From Thermostichus sp. DRC_bins_24 (lineage in GTDB: Bacteria; Cyanobacteriota; Cyanobacteriia; Thermostichales; Thermostichaceae): DNA of 64,000 nt. The stretch covers positions 32,001 to 96,000 of the forward strand of contig JAUQVK010000025.1 of assembly GCA_039794845.1 (NCBI GenBank), written 5' to 3'. The notes under the pieces were generated by a model. The model had not been told where the DNA came from. It made no database searches and saw only the letters and a program-made list of their open reading frames with translations. Every line of letters begins with the position of its first letter. Positions within the stretch are counted from its first letter, which is position 1. This document shows positions 30,305-39,593 of the stretch, piece by piece. A program made the translations under genes and the position numbers.

Positions 30305-31162
30305 TCAAGCGCTACGAACGCTGACGATCTTGGCACCCGATTTGAGTACCCGCTGCATCGTCGCCGACAGTTGATCGGCGGAAACAAAAATCTGCTGGTT
30401 GGATTTGCGCACTCGGCTGGAGGTGGCCAAGGCAGAGGCCGGGTTGAGCAGGCGGGTCACCTCCACACAGAACATGCGGTCGGATTCGCCCGTTGGGGGT
30501 CCCAAGTGCTTAGAAATGGGGCTAGGCGGCAACAGACCCCGTACCCCGATGCGCCGAATCGCCGGGGTAAACCCGGTTCCTAGGGCGGTCATCAAACGCG
30601 GCCTTGCCCCTTGGGAACGATCGTTGTTGGCATAGCCGCCGTAGAGGGCAAACAGATTGGTAAAATCGCGGGTGGAATGGGCCCGACGGTATTCAAAACC
30701 GCGCGGATAGGGGACGATGTTGTCGCCGAAGGATTCCAGATATTCTGGGCTGTCAATGTAGGAATCGATCTCCGCTCCATGGCCACCGGACTGGTAGATA
30801 TCCAAATGGCGGGCAATATCCTTGCCATCCGTGGGGGCGCGGCCCAACAGATGCTTGAAATTAAGTTCGATGGCACGGGTTTGGGAGTTGGGGTAGAAAA
30901 ACCGCTTCTTATAGGCTTCGGATTTAGCGATCAGGCGCACAAATTCCCGCACCGTCAGACTGCCCTGGCGCAGTAGCGATTCGGCACTGGCCAGCTCGTC
31001 CACATCGGCCCCGAACAGATGGTCGTTGCCCAGAATCTGGCGATAGATGGCCCGCAGCACCGCATTGAACTGATCCTGGCTGGCCTTGGGGCGCAACTCC
31101 AGTGGAGTGGTATCCGTGATGCCCCGGATCCCCATCTGGCTCGCCGCTGTGATTGCACTCAT
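30305..31162 (-). CDS. cpcC: Phycocyanin rod linker polypeptide
   Basis: AIYRQILGN, AESLL, ELNFKHLLGRAP, DSPEY..FGDNIVPY, C-terminal CpcD-like domain. Confidence 0.93.
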   Translation of the reverse strand: MSAITAASQMGIRGITDTTPLELRPKASQDQFNAVLRAIYRQILGNDHLFGADVDELASAESLLRQGSLTVREFVRLIAKSEAYKKRFFYPNSQTRAIELNFKHLLGRAPTDGKDIARHLDIYQSGGHGAEIDSYIDSPEYLESFGDNIVPYPRGFEYRRAHSTRDFTNLFALYGGYANNDRSQGARPRLMTALGTGFTPAIRRIGVRGLLPPSPISKHLGPPTGESDRMFCVEVTRLLNPASALATSSRVRKSNQQIFVSADQLSATMQRVLKSGAKIVSVRSA

Positions 31163-31396
31163 GCTGATTCCCCTGATGAACTGGATGGACAAAAGGCTTG
31201 CGTCGCCGGATTTCGGCTAGATCAAATCGGCTAGATCAAAGTAGATCGAACTGGAGCAACAGCAGTGCCCCTCTCCGGGAGATCGAACCCCAGCCCAAAC
31301 GGGGATCCATCCACCCGGCGACAGACTTACCACCATTGCCCCAAGTGACCTTCCCTCGGCATGAACCTGGGATCCCAGGCCATACCCCCTAGCTGA

Positions 31397-31879
31397 TTAG
31401 CTGAGGGCGTTGATGGCGTAGTCGATGTAGGTGTTGGCTTCGGTGGCCGCTTGTCCACTCAGGCCGTGGTTGGCCTTGATGTAGCGCAGGGCTTCGATGA
31501 ACCAACTGGGGGAGAGTTCAAAGGCGGTGTTGATCTCACGGATCCCGGCCAACTGATACTCATCCATGGGGCCGGTGCCACCCGCCACCAAGCAGTAGGT
31601 GACGTAGCGCAGGTAGTGGCGCACATCGCGGGCACACTTGTCTTTGCCGGCTTGGTTGTTGCACTGCCCACCGGGTTGGGTGGTGTAGGGGAACTTGGCG
31701 TAAACCGCTTCGGTAGCACCGCGCACAAGCTCATCCGCACGGCTGGTCAGGGCTTGAGCGGCTTCCATGCTGGCGGCAGCACGCTGAAGGCGGCCATTGA
31801 TGGCTTGCAGCTCGCTGTTGCTCAAATAGCGCCCTTGGCTATCGGCAGTGGCGATGGCATCGACAATCGGGGTTTGCAT
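31397..31879 (-). CDS. cpcA: Phycocyanin alpha subunit (divergent, 160 aa)
   Basis: [34 protein letters not shown]. Confidence 0.95.
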   Translation of the reverse strand: MQTPIVDAIATADSQGRYLSNSELQAINGRLQRAAASMEAAQALTSRADELVRGATEAVYAKFPYTTQPGGQCNNQAGKDKCARDVRHYLRYVTYCLVAGGTGPMDEYQLAGIREINTAFELSPSWFIEALRYIKANHGLSGQAATEANTYIDYAINALS

Positions 31880-32070
31880 GATTCAAAACGCTCCTTTACT
31901 TAAGCTCAACGCAAAAAAACAAAGCAAAAACGGCAAGATTGCAACTGCGAAAAAATGAAAAGAGTTCTCTTCTGGGATCCCAAGACCATCACGGTCGCTC
32001 TGAACCCCATGGCAGCCCCAAACAGGAACTCAAGGCCAAGAATGACGCCCCTTTGGGTTCTGCGGAGCCA

Positions 32071-32589
32071 TCAAACCACCGCGGCCGCGGCACGATCGAA
32101 ATAGGACTCAATTTCGGCCACCAAAGCACTGCAGTCGCCCCGGGTAATGCCGTTGGGATCGTTCACCACTGCCACAGCAGCTCTCTTCATTTTTTGGATG
32201 CCATTGGCAACGGAGTTGCCGGGGGTGCCTAGGGCTTGGTAGGTTTCCCGCAGACCGTTCAAGCAGCGCTCGTTCAGCACGCTGGCATCTCCCGCCGCCA
32301 CCGAGTAGGTGATGTAGCGAAGGATGATATCCATGTCCCGCATACAGGCCGCCACGTTGCGGCTGGGGTAGGCAGGGCCACCGGGAGCATTCAGGTTGGG
32401 CTCTTCGGCGAACAGCTCGCGGATGGCATCAGTGACAATCTTGGAGGCATTGCTGGTGAGGCGGTTCACGGCATCCAGGCGCTTGTTGCCTTCGGCGATC
32501 ACCTGCTGTAGGGCGGAAAACTCGTTGGCTCCCAGAAAGGCACCTTTGGAGTCGGCCTGTGCAACAACTTTGCCAAATACATCATTCAT
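32071..32589 (-). CDS. cpcB: Phycocyanin beta subunit (divergent)
   Basis: GNKRLDAVN, Cys82, [17 protein letters not shown] (Cys153), YFDRAA; 172 aa from the ATG at 32589. Confidence 0.95.
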   Translation of the reverse strand: MNDVFGKVVAQADSKGAFLGANEFSALQQVIAEGNKRLDAVNRLTSNASKIVTDAIRELFAEEPNLNAPGGPAYPSRNVAACMRDMDIILRYITYSVAAGDASVLNERCLNGLRETYQALGTPGNSVANGIQKMKRAAVAVVNDPNGITRGDCSALVAEIESYFDRAAAAVV

Positions 32590-33328
32590 GGTTTTGGATC
32601 TCCCTAGCGAAAGCAAAAGAAGTTATGAATCAACACTCCCCTCTACGGAACTGAGAGCACCCGCCGGACGGGAATGCAGCAACGCTCGGATCCCTGCTGC
32701 CGAGGGGCGCTGTTTCCCTGAACAGACCCGCCGACGGGATCAAAGCCAGTAGAACCAAGACGGGCAAGCAAACCCTCGTAGGCCTCAGCCGCAACAAACC
32801 AACCCCCGAGGGAAAACCACTCGGCGGCGTAACCTGCCGGATCAAGCTCGGATGGAGATCCCCAGTGGCGCTCACCCCGGAGCGGGATCACGGATGGCAA
32901 CTTCAACTGGGCAGACGAGGAGAAGCTGGCTCGCTTTGTTTCCAGTCCTGTTCTACCGCGAAGGCGGGAAGCGATTAAGTCAAAAAATGTAAAGGGACTT
33001 TACCCGGCGCAAGAAAGCTCGGATCAGTTCCCACTGCGGGATCCCGATTTGCCTACTCTACCTTTCACAGCCGTAGTTTTTACAAAAGAAGATATTCATT
33101 TGTATAAGTTTATATTGTAAGGAAAAATGTCAATCCCGATCTTGGCTTCGGGGCTTGGATTGAGGTCGTTTTCTGTGCTAGAGCGAACATTCTCAGAAAG
33201 AATACATAATTTAACATTAGTCGGAATCCTTTGGTGGAGCTGAGATTGGAGAGAAAATCTGAGAGGCCTTCCCTCGACGACCGGAAAATTTCGGTATACA
33301 TCTTTACAGAACTTCTGGACACCTGCTT

Positions 33329-33961
33329 ATGCCTGTCTGGCCCGCTCCCACCCCCTCCCCAGAGCTTTTGCAGATGGCGCGCTGGCTGGCGGGAGACTTT
33401 AGCAACCAAGAGCAAGCCTGGGAGAACCCGCCGTTTTTCGCCCAGATCCGGGTAGCCTATCGCCCCTTGCCCCTCCGGGTGCTGGGTGGGATTGGCTTTT
33501 ACGTGGAGCAAGCCTACGGGGGTCATTTGGAGGATCCCTATCGACAGGCGGTGGTGGAGTTGGTGCAGGCAGGATCCGAGATTGTCATTCGCAACTATCG
33601 ACCCCTAGAGCCGGAACGGTGGCGGGGCTGCGCACGGGAGCAGGCGGATTTGTTAGGCCAGTTGACGGCGGACGACATCACCTATTTGCCGGGGTGCGAT
33701 GTCCGGGTCAAGCAGCAGGGGCAGATCTTTGTCGGAACCACCGAACCGGGGCAGCAGTGTTGTGTGGTGCGCAAAGGGCAGACCACCTACTTGCAGACCA
33801 CCCTACACCTGAGCGAAACCGAGTTCTGCAGCCACGATCAGGGGATGGATCCCGTCACCCATCAACAGGTGTGGGGGGCTTTGGCGGGGGCGTTTCGCTT
33901 CCAAAAGGTCGTCGATTGGCAAGCGGAGCTGCCGTTGTTCCCAGCAGATCCAGCCCTTTGA
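33329..33961 (+). CDS. cpcT: CpcT/CpeT bilin lyase
   Basis: WLAGDFSNQEQA.ENPP.FA, EQAY, PYR, PGC, CCVVRKG..TYL, DQG.D, VWG. Confidence 0.93.
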   Translation: MPVWPAPTPSPELLQMARWLAGDFSNQEQAWENPPFFAQIRVAYRPLPLRVLGGIGFYVEQAYGGHLEDPYRQAVVELVQAGSEIVIRNYRPLEPERWRGCAREQADLLGQLTADDITYLPGCDVRVKQQGQIFVGTTEPGQQCCVVRKGQTTYLQTTLHLSETEFCSHDQGMDPVTHQQVWGALAGAFRFQKVVDWQAELPLFPADPAL

Positions 33962-34107
33962 CCCCCAACTTGACTGCACTCTTGCGCGACTGTGGCTGGT
34001 AAGCCCTGGGTACACTGACCTTGGGGACTTTGGGTTGGAAAGATGGGGATCCCATCGGTCGGGATCGCTCCCTGCCTAGGTTCCCGATGGAGTGTGAGCG
34101 GGATCCG

Positions 34108-35214
34108 ATGCGTCCACAGCTTGAGAAGGGAAATGTCTTGCGGTGGGGATCCCTGGCCGCCGGAGTCTGGCGCACCCTGTGGGGGATGTTGGCCTTGGTG
34201 TTGATGCTAGTCAGTGGCGGGTGTTCTGGCCCAGGTGAGTCTTCTGCATCCACGCTGGTGCCCCCACCCCCCCAGTTGGGGACCGAATCGATTCCGATGC
34301 CGGTACGCACCCTGGGCATGAGCCGCTTTAAGTTGCTGGGGTTAAACGTGGGGGTGGCTGGAGGCAGTGCCGAGTTGCTCTTGGATACGGGCTCGGCAGG
34401 GGTACGGATCGTGTCTAGTGCCGCCGGGAGTTTCGGCCTGGAGCGTACTTCGATTCCTTCTACCATCACCTTCGGGGATGGCACCCAATTCATCGGAGTG
34501 TTGGCCCGTGCTCCCTTTAGCCTCGGGGGGGTACAAAGTCGGGAACCCGTCACATTACAGTTGATTGACCGGGTAACCTGCGTGGATGCACTGGTCGCCG
34601 GCTGTTCAGAAACCTTGTTTGGGGAAGGGCGACCCTTTGCCGGGATCCTTGGCACCTCCTTGGATGAGCGCAGCGCCGACCGAGAGGTCTTTAGCCCACT
34701 GACTCGCTTTCCCGGAAATTTCCGCTCCGGTTATATCATTCAAACGGGTGGCTTTGATTCCAGCCAGGGCCTTTTTACCATTGGCCTCACGGAAGCCAAT
34801 ACGGCAGGATTTAATTTCCGGCAGTTTCCACAGGTGGGCTCTTTTCCTGACGGTACTCCGATTTGGCGGGATGAAGCGCTCCAGGTGGCCTATAGCATTA
34901 GCAACACCTCCATTCAAAATGTCCCCAGCCCCACCAACTTTGACAGCGGTTCCTCCGACATTTTCTTGAATGTCAGTTTGCTGGGGGCGGCACCCTTTTC
35001 CACCAGCACATTGCCGGCGGGGGCGGAATGGCGAGCGGTTTTGGATGGGGCTTTCGATTACCGCATTCGGGTAGGATTTCCGGTTACCCCCAGTCGGGAT
35101 CGGATTTTTGTGAATGGGCTTTTGAATAAGCAGCTGTTGGGCATGCCACTGTTTTTTAATGCCGATGTTGCTTTTGATATCGAGCGGGGCCGCATCGGCT
35201 TTCGCCTGCGTTAA
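34108..35214 (+). CDS. Pepsin-like aspartic-protease lipoprotein (DUF3443-like); start uncertain
   Basis: Hydrophobic signal ending VSGGC; LLDTGS and NFDSGS motifs; TFGDG flap; GILG; LLGMPLF...FD...RIGF. Confidence 0.75.
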   Translation: MRPQLEKGNVLRWGSLAAGVWRTLWGMLALVLMLVSGGCSGPGESSASTLVPPPPQLGTESIPMPVRTLGMSRFKLLGLNVGVAGGSAELLLDTGSAGVRIVSSAAGSFGLERTSIPSTITFGDGTQFIGVLARAPFSLGGVQSREPVTLQLIDRVTCVDALVAGCSETLFGEGRPFAGILGTSLDERSADREVFSPLTRFPGNFRSGYIIQTGGFDSSQGLFTIGLTEANTAGFNFRQFPQVGSFPDGTPIWRDEALQVAYSISNTSIQNVPSPTNFDSGSSDIFLNVSLLGAAPFSTSTLPAGAEWRAVLDGAFDYRIRVGFPVTPSRDRIFVNGLLNKQLLGMPLFFNADVAFDIERGRIGFRLR

Positions 35215-35273
35215 ACAGGTACGGAAAGTTTGACGACAGGTTGGGTTCTAAGTGGGTTTCTTGAGGGGGCAGA

Positions 35274-35741
35274 ATGCTGAGGAAATACGGGATCCCAAGC
35301 AAAGTATTCAACAGTAGGAGCTGGCTTTGGGGCCTCTGGCTGCTGCTGGCTTGTTGGTGGGGGTGGACTCTGCCGGGGTGGGCGGTTAGCTTAGGGGATC
35401 CCTTGCCGGAATGGGCAGAGTCGATGCGCGTGGGGCGGCAGCAGGTGCGTGGAATCGAGCAGCACCAGGGGCAAGAGCAGATCCGCGCCTATGGGAACGA
35501 AGCAGGGCGGGTGTTTTGGATCCAGATCGACAGCCGATCGGATCTTCCGCCGGATTATCGAGCGTATCTGGGAGAATACCAGCAGTTTCCGCCACAGGTG
35601 GTTGAGGTGGTGCCGTTGCGGGCACAGATCTTGCGCTTTAGCCAGGGAAATCGTAGCGCCGAGTGGCGGGTGGTGGGCATGAGTGGCCACTTTCAGGCGG
35701 AGGCCATCAGCCAGGATCTGGCGCCAGCCGCACTGAGGTGA
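35274..35741 (+). CDS. Small secreted protein (DUF2844-like)
   Basis: Signal ending GWA-VSLG; IRAY...GRVF...PDYRAYLGEY...GHFQAEA...P. Confidence 0.65.
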   Translation: MLRKYGIPSKVFNSRSWLWGLWLLLACWWGWTLPGWAVSLGDPLPEWAESMRVGRQQVRGIEQHQGQEQIRAYGNEAGRVFWIQIDSRSDLPPDYRAYLGEYQQFPPQVVEVVPLRAQILRFSQGNRSAEWRVVGMSGHFQAEAISQDLAPAALR

Positions 35742-35785
35742 TTCGCAAGGGATTCGAGGGCTGATCTTGAGCCCTATCTCAACCG

Positions 35786-37090
35786 CTAGTTCATCTGGTT
35801 CATCAGGGCGGGTTGCTTGGGTACGGCGGCCAACTCTGCCAACAGTTGCTTGCGTAGAGGCACGATCTCGTCCAAAACCGCTTGGGCTGTGGGGTAGCGT
35901 TCGTCTGCATCCGCGGCAATCATGCGCTCCAAAATGGCCAACAGGCGCGGATCCCCGAATCCGAAGGGGATGGCTTCCTGCAGAGACTCGCCGATCTCCG
36001 GCAGGGTTCCTGTGGACATTTCCACTGCCACCCGACCTAAGGCAAAAAGATCGCTGTTGAAACGGGGCCGACCTGAGTATTGCTCGTAGGGGGCATAGCC
36101 CGTTGTGCCAATGAAGCTGGTGACGTGCTCGCTGGGCTGAGCTTCGATGCGTTTGATGGCGCCAAAGTCGATCAGGGTGAAGGAGGTACGCTTATCCCTT
36201 CGAGTCTGGATGATATTGGAGGGTTTGATATCCCCGTGGATGACGCCGTGCTGGTGGACAAAGGTAAGGATCTTGAGGAGCTCGCAGAGGAAGTAGGCGG
36301 TTTGGGCAGGAGACCAAATCACTCCTCGATTGGACTGCTGCCGTAGGGAGGAGCCCTGGATAAACTCTTGCACCGTGTAAAATTGCCCGTCTTCTTCAAA
36401 ATGGGCCAACAACTTGGGGATGTGGGGATGGCTGCCCAGCTTTTCCAGAATGTCGGCCTCCTGCTCAAAGGCGGCCTTGGCGATTTCCATCACCATTTTG
36501 TGCTCATCCGTCCAGTCTTTGCCTTCTCCTTCTTTGTCATCTAAGCGTTGGAGGCGCTTGACCACGCAGCGGGGATGTCCGGGGCGATGGGTGTCGCGGG
36601 CTAGGTAGGTTTGGCTAAAGCCACCGATACCGACCAGGCGCTCGATCTGGTAGCGCCCATTGCCAACACTGTTTTGCTGCTTCGGAGCCCCAGCTCGCTT
36701 GGTTGCAGCCAGGGTAATCTGAGACCGAATGCGGGCCAGCACCACTTCTGGGTCGAAGGGTTTGGTGATGTAGTCGTCCGCCCCCAGGTCGAAGGCCGCC
36801 ACCATTGTGTTGGAATCCGCGCGTTCGGAGAGGATCAGCACCGGCAACTCCAGACGGGAACGGGCCGAGCGGATCATTTGGAGCAGCTCCAGGCCATTCA
36901 ACCCCGGCAAGGCCAACTCCATCAGGAGCAAATCCAGTGGTTGATGAACAATGGCTTCCAGGACTTTGGCACCGCTTTCCACCACGATGACGCTGTAGCC
37001 AGCTTGTTCGATGTAGAGCTTTAGCTGCGGGTTGACTGCAGGATCCGCGTCCAGCAACAGAACCTTGCCAAGCCGTTCTCCGGACAACAT
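35786..37090 (-). CDS. Receiver domain fused to a Ser/Thr protein kinase
   Basis: REC (GADDYITKPF) plus GIGGFSQTY, VVK, HGDIKPSN, DFG, GTTGYAPYE. Confidence 0.93.
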   Translation of the reverse strand: MLSGERLGKVLLLDADPAVNPQLKLYIEQAGYSVIVVESGAKVLEAIVHQPLDLLLMELALPGLNGLELLQMIRSARSRLELPVLILSERADSNTMVAAFDLGADDYITKPFDPEVVLARIRSQITLAATKRAGAPKQQNSVGNGRYQIERLVGIGGFSQTYLARDTHRPGHPRCVVKRLQRLDDKEGEGKDWTDEHKMVMEIAKAAFEQEADILEKLGSHPHIPKLLAHFEEDGQFYTVQEFIQGSSLRQQSNRGVIWSPAQTAYFLCELLKILTFVHQHGVIHGDIKPSNIIQTRRDKRTSFTLIDFGAIKRIEAQPSEHVTSFIGTTGYAPYEQYSGRPRFNSDLFALGRVAVEMSTGTLPEIGESLQEAIPFGFGDPRLLAILERMIAADADERYPTAQAVLDEIVPLRKQLLAELAAVPKQPALMNQMN

Positions 37091-37231
37091 CGCGAATGCC
37101 CACGTAGTGCTGAGTTGAGTATATCTAATAACAGTGAATCGGCGGGGGGGTAGGGTGCCCGGAGGAGGGGGTAGCCGGGATCCCCGCCCAAGTCGCCCTG
37201 CTAGGATTGGGGGGTGATTGGTGTTGTGGCT

Positions 37232-37426
37232 ATGGAAATGAATGAGGTTTGGAAAGAATTTCTGAGCAATCCCGTTCCTTTCTGTGGTGGTTTGCTGAGC
37301 GGTTTGCTGCGTCTGGATGTGAAGCAGGATCCCTTACGCAGTTGGCTAGAATCTCAGGGGCTGGTGGTGGAAGATGGCCCCTCCTCGGGTAACTCGGCTG
37401 GGCCCAAGTCTATTTCTATTGAGTAG
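37232..37426 (+). CDS. Small conserved cyanobacterial protein
   Basis: P.PFCGGLLSGLLRL...DPLRSWL...PKSISIE. Confidence 0.8.
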   Translation: MEMNEVWKEFLSNPVPFCGGLLSGLLRLDVKQDPLRSWLESQGLVVEDGPSSGNSAGPKSISIE

Positions 37427-37529
37427 ACGTACTGAGAGTAGGGAGGGATCCCTACTGAGGGGGCCATTCTCAGGTGTGGGAAGCGCTCAGCACAAAAAGC
37501 AACCAGAGCAGGGGTACGAGGTGAACCGG

Positions 37530-38804
37530 ATGCTCCCCAGACGCACTCGATGCAGACAGTGGTTACAGCAAGGCGGGCCCGTCGCGCTGGCGGGACGAGG
37601 TTCTCACTTGGGTCTGTGGAAATCCCTCTGTGGGGTTTTGCTCCTGCTGGGGGGGCTCTGCCCCATCCCGTCGGGGGTTTCCGCCTTTGCCCAATCGGGC
37701 CAGCCTGTTACCAACACCCAAAGCTCTGAACCCGATTCCCAAGCCTGGCTGGAGCGCTACAACGCCGCCCTGAGCCAACTTCCCCCCCTGCCCAATTTGC
37801 AATATCGCCAGCAGGTGCGGGTGCAGGGATCCCAAACCTTTACGGCCACTTTGGATGTGCTCTATCGCCGCGATGGCAGTTGGCAAGCTTGGGTGGCGGA
37901 AGGGGATCGCATTCGGCTGCTGGATTCCCGCCGGCTGGAGGTGGTGAACCAATCGGATTTGCTCGGGCTGTACTCGGTCTATGTGAACCGGCCAGAGGCG
38001 CTGTTGCCCTCGGTGGGCTTTAATCTGGAGGCATTGCCCAGCCGCTATCGGGTGCTCTCTTCAGAAACGGTGGATTTGGCAGGATCCCCCGCTCAACATC
38101 TGCGCCTAGAACCTCTGCAGGAGGGCCAGTTGCGGGAGCTGTGGTTGGATCCCGAGTCGGGGTTGCCTCGGCAGGTGTTGTTGTTTCTGTCGGGGGTATG
38201 GGGCCAGGCTTACGCACTGATTGGCTTTACGGAGGTACCCGCCGAAGGGGGAGAACGCTACTGGTTGCCGGATAGCACCCGCATCAATTTGGGCTACGGG
38301 TTTTGGACCCTAGAGGGCCTGACGCGCCGGGTGTTCCGGGGATCCCTTTCCATTCAGCACGATTACCAGGACTATCGCATTTTGCCCGCAGGGTCACAAC
38401 TGCGCTTTGTTCCCTCGCAACCGCCCGTGGACAACCTGCCGGTTGTGGCCGGCGTGGACGACCGTGCCCCACGCATCGAGTTGGGAGATGTGCAGGCTTT
38501 GGGAGTGGACGAGCAGGGCAACCAACAGTTCAGCATCGGCATTGGCGGGCGCACTTCCCCCGAGACCCGCCTAGAAGACCGCATCACCGCCTTTAACCTA
38601 ACCCGACCGGCCAGCCGCAACGTGTTAACCCAGATCGATACCCTGGCCTTTTTGCCTCTCGGCTCCGACCGGCTGCCCATCTACCTGTTTCAATTCGACA
38701 CCGGCCGTCCCCTCTCACCCTTGCAAGGGGTGGAAAGCCCGCGGGTGGATCCCAACGAGGTGTTTGGCCCCAGACCGCCCGCCCTCAAACTGTTCGGAGA
38801 TTGA
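37530..38804 (+). CDS. Secreted hypothetical protein (possible LolA/MucB-like beta fold)
   Basis: Signal ending AFAQ; ELWLDPESGLP, YWLP, DYQDY patterns. Confidence 0.7.
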   Translation: MLPRRTRCRQWLQQGGPVALAGRGSHLGLWKSLCGVLLLLGGLCPIPSGVSAFAQSGQPVTNTQSSEPDSQAWLERYNAALSQLPPLPNLQYRQQVRVQGSQTFTATLDVLYRRDGSWQAWVAEGDRIRLLDSRRLEVVNQSDLLGLYSVYVNRPEALLPSVGFNLEALPSRYRVLSSETVDLAGSPAQHLRLEPLQEGQLRELWLDPESGLPRQVLLFLSGVWGQAYALIGFTEVPAEGGERYWLPDSTRINLGYGFWTLEGLTRRVFRGSLSIQHDYQDYRILPAGSQLRFVPSQPPVDNLPVVAGVDDRAPRIELGDVQALGVDEQGNQQFSIGIGGRTSPETRLEDRITAFNLTRPASRNVLTQIDTLAFLPLGSDRLPIYLFQFDTGRPLSPLQGVESPRVDPNEVFGPRPPALKLFGD

Positions 38805-38808
38805 ACAA

Positions 38809-39291
38809 TTGAACACCCCCACGCTGACGGACGCTGCCTACGGCCTGATCCCCGTCATTCCCCCCACCCAGGGATCCCCGCGCCTGTACTTGCTCATTCA
38901 GCATCAAAAGGGGCATTGGGCTTTCCCTAAAGGGCACAAAGATGGCTCAGAGACCGACCTAGAAGCCGCCCAACGGGAGCTCCGGGAAGAAACCGGCTTA
39001 ACCGACTATCGGGTGCTCACCCTCCCCCACCCGCCCACCCCCTTGACCCTGCAGGAGGTCTACCAGTTTACCGACAAACAGGGCAACGTAATCGCCAAAA
39101 CCGTCACCTACTATGTCGCCCTGTTGCCGCCCCAATCACCCCCCCCTGCTGTAGAACTGCAACCGGAAGAAGTAGCTGCCTATCGTTGGTGCTCCTACAG
39201 CGAGGCCCTAGAGCAGATTAGCTTTGAGGAAAGCCGCCAACTGTTGCACCGTTGCCAGGCCCATCTCGATCAAATGTGCGATCAAATGTAG
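38809..39291 (+). CDS. NUDIX hydrolase (Ap4A hydrolase-like)
   Basis: HWAFPKGH...ETDLEAAQRELREETGL Nudix box. Confidence 0.92.
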   Translation: MNTPTLTDAAYGLIPVIPPTQGSPRLYLLIQHQKGHWAFPKGHKDGSETDLEAAQRELREETGLTDYRVLTLPHPPTPLTLQEVYQFTDKQGNVIAKTVTYYVALLPPQSPPPAVELQPEEVAAYRWCSYSEALEQISFEESRQLLHRCQAHLDQMCDQM

Positions 39292-39593
39292 AAGAGTAGA
39301 AGAATTTTGCCATTGTTGCAAAGCCATCCGTATTTTCACGGGGAAAAAGATTGACGGCTTCGCACCTGCGTGTTAGAAGATTTGTCTAGTTTGTGTTGAG
39401 CTTGCTAGGGATCGCCCGTTGTCTTGCGCCACAGCCCTGAAGCCCCGATCTGCTGCGCGAACTTTTCATACCTGGAGTGTCCAGGGTAAAGTTTTACTCT
39501 CAGCGCTGAAGTATTCCTTCTTGGTTATTCAGTAGATTCACAGTATTGGTCGAAGGTGTTTTTCAGGATACAGCTAAGGAGAACGACTTCAAC

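Noticed and set aside
33096..33133. Sigma70 promoter for cpcB from TTGACA (minus strand)
   Set aside because: No -10 hexamer at 16-18 bp spacing; only the AT-rich character is reported
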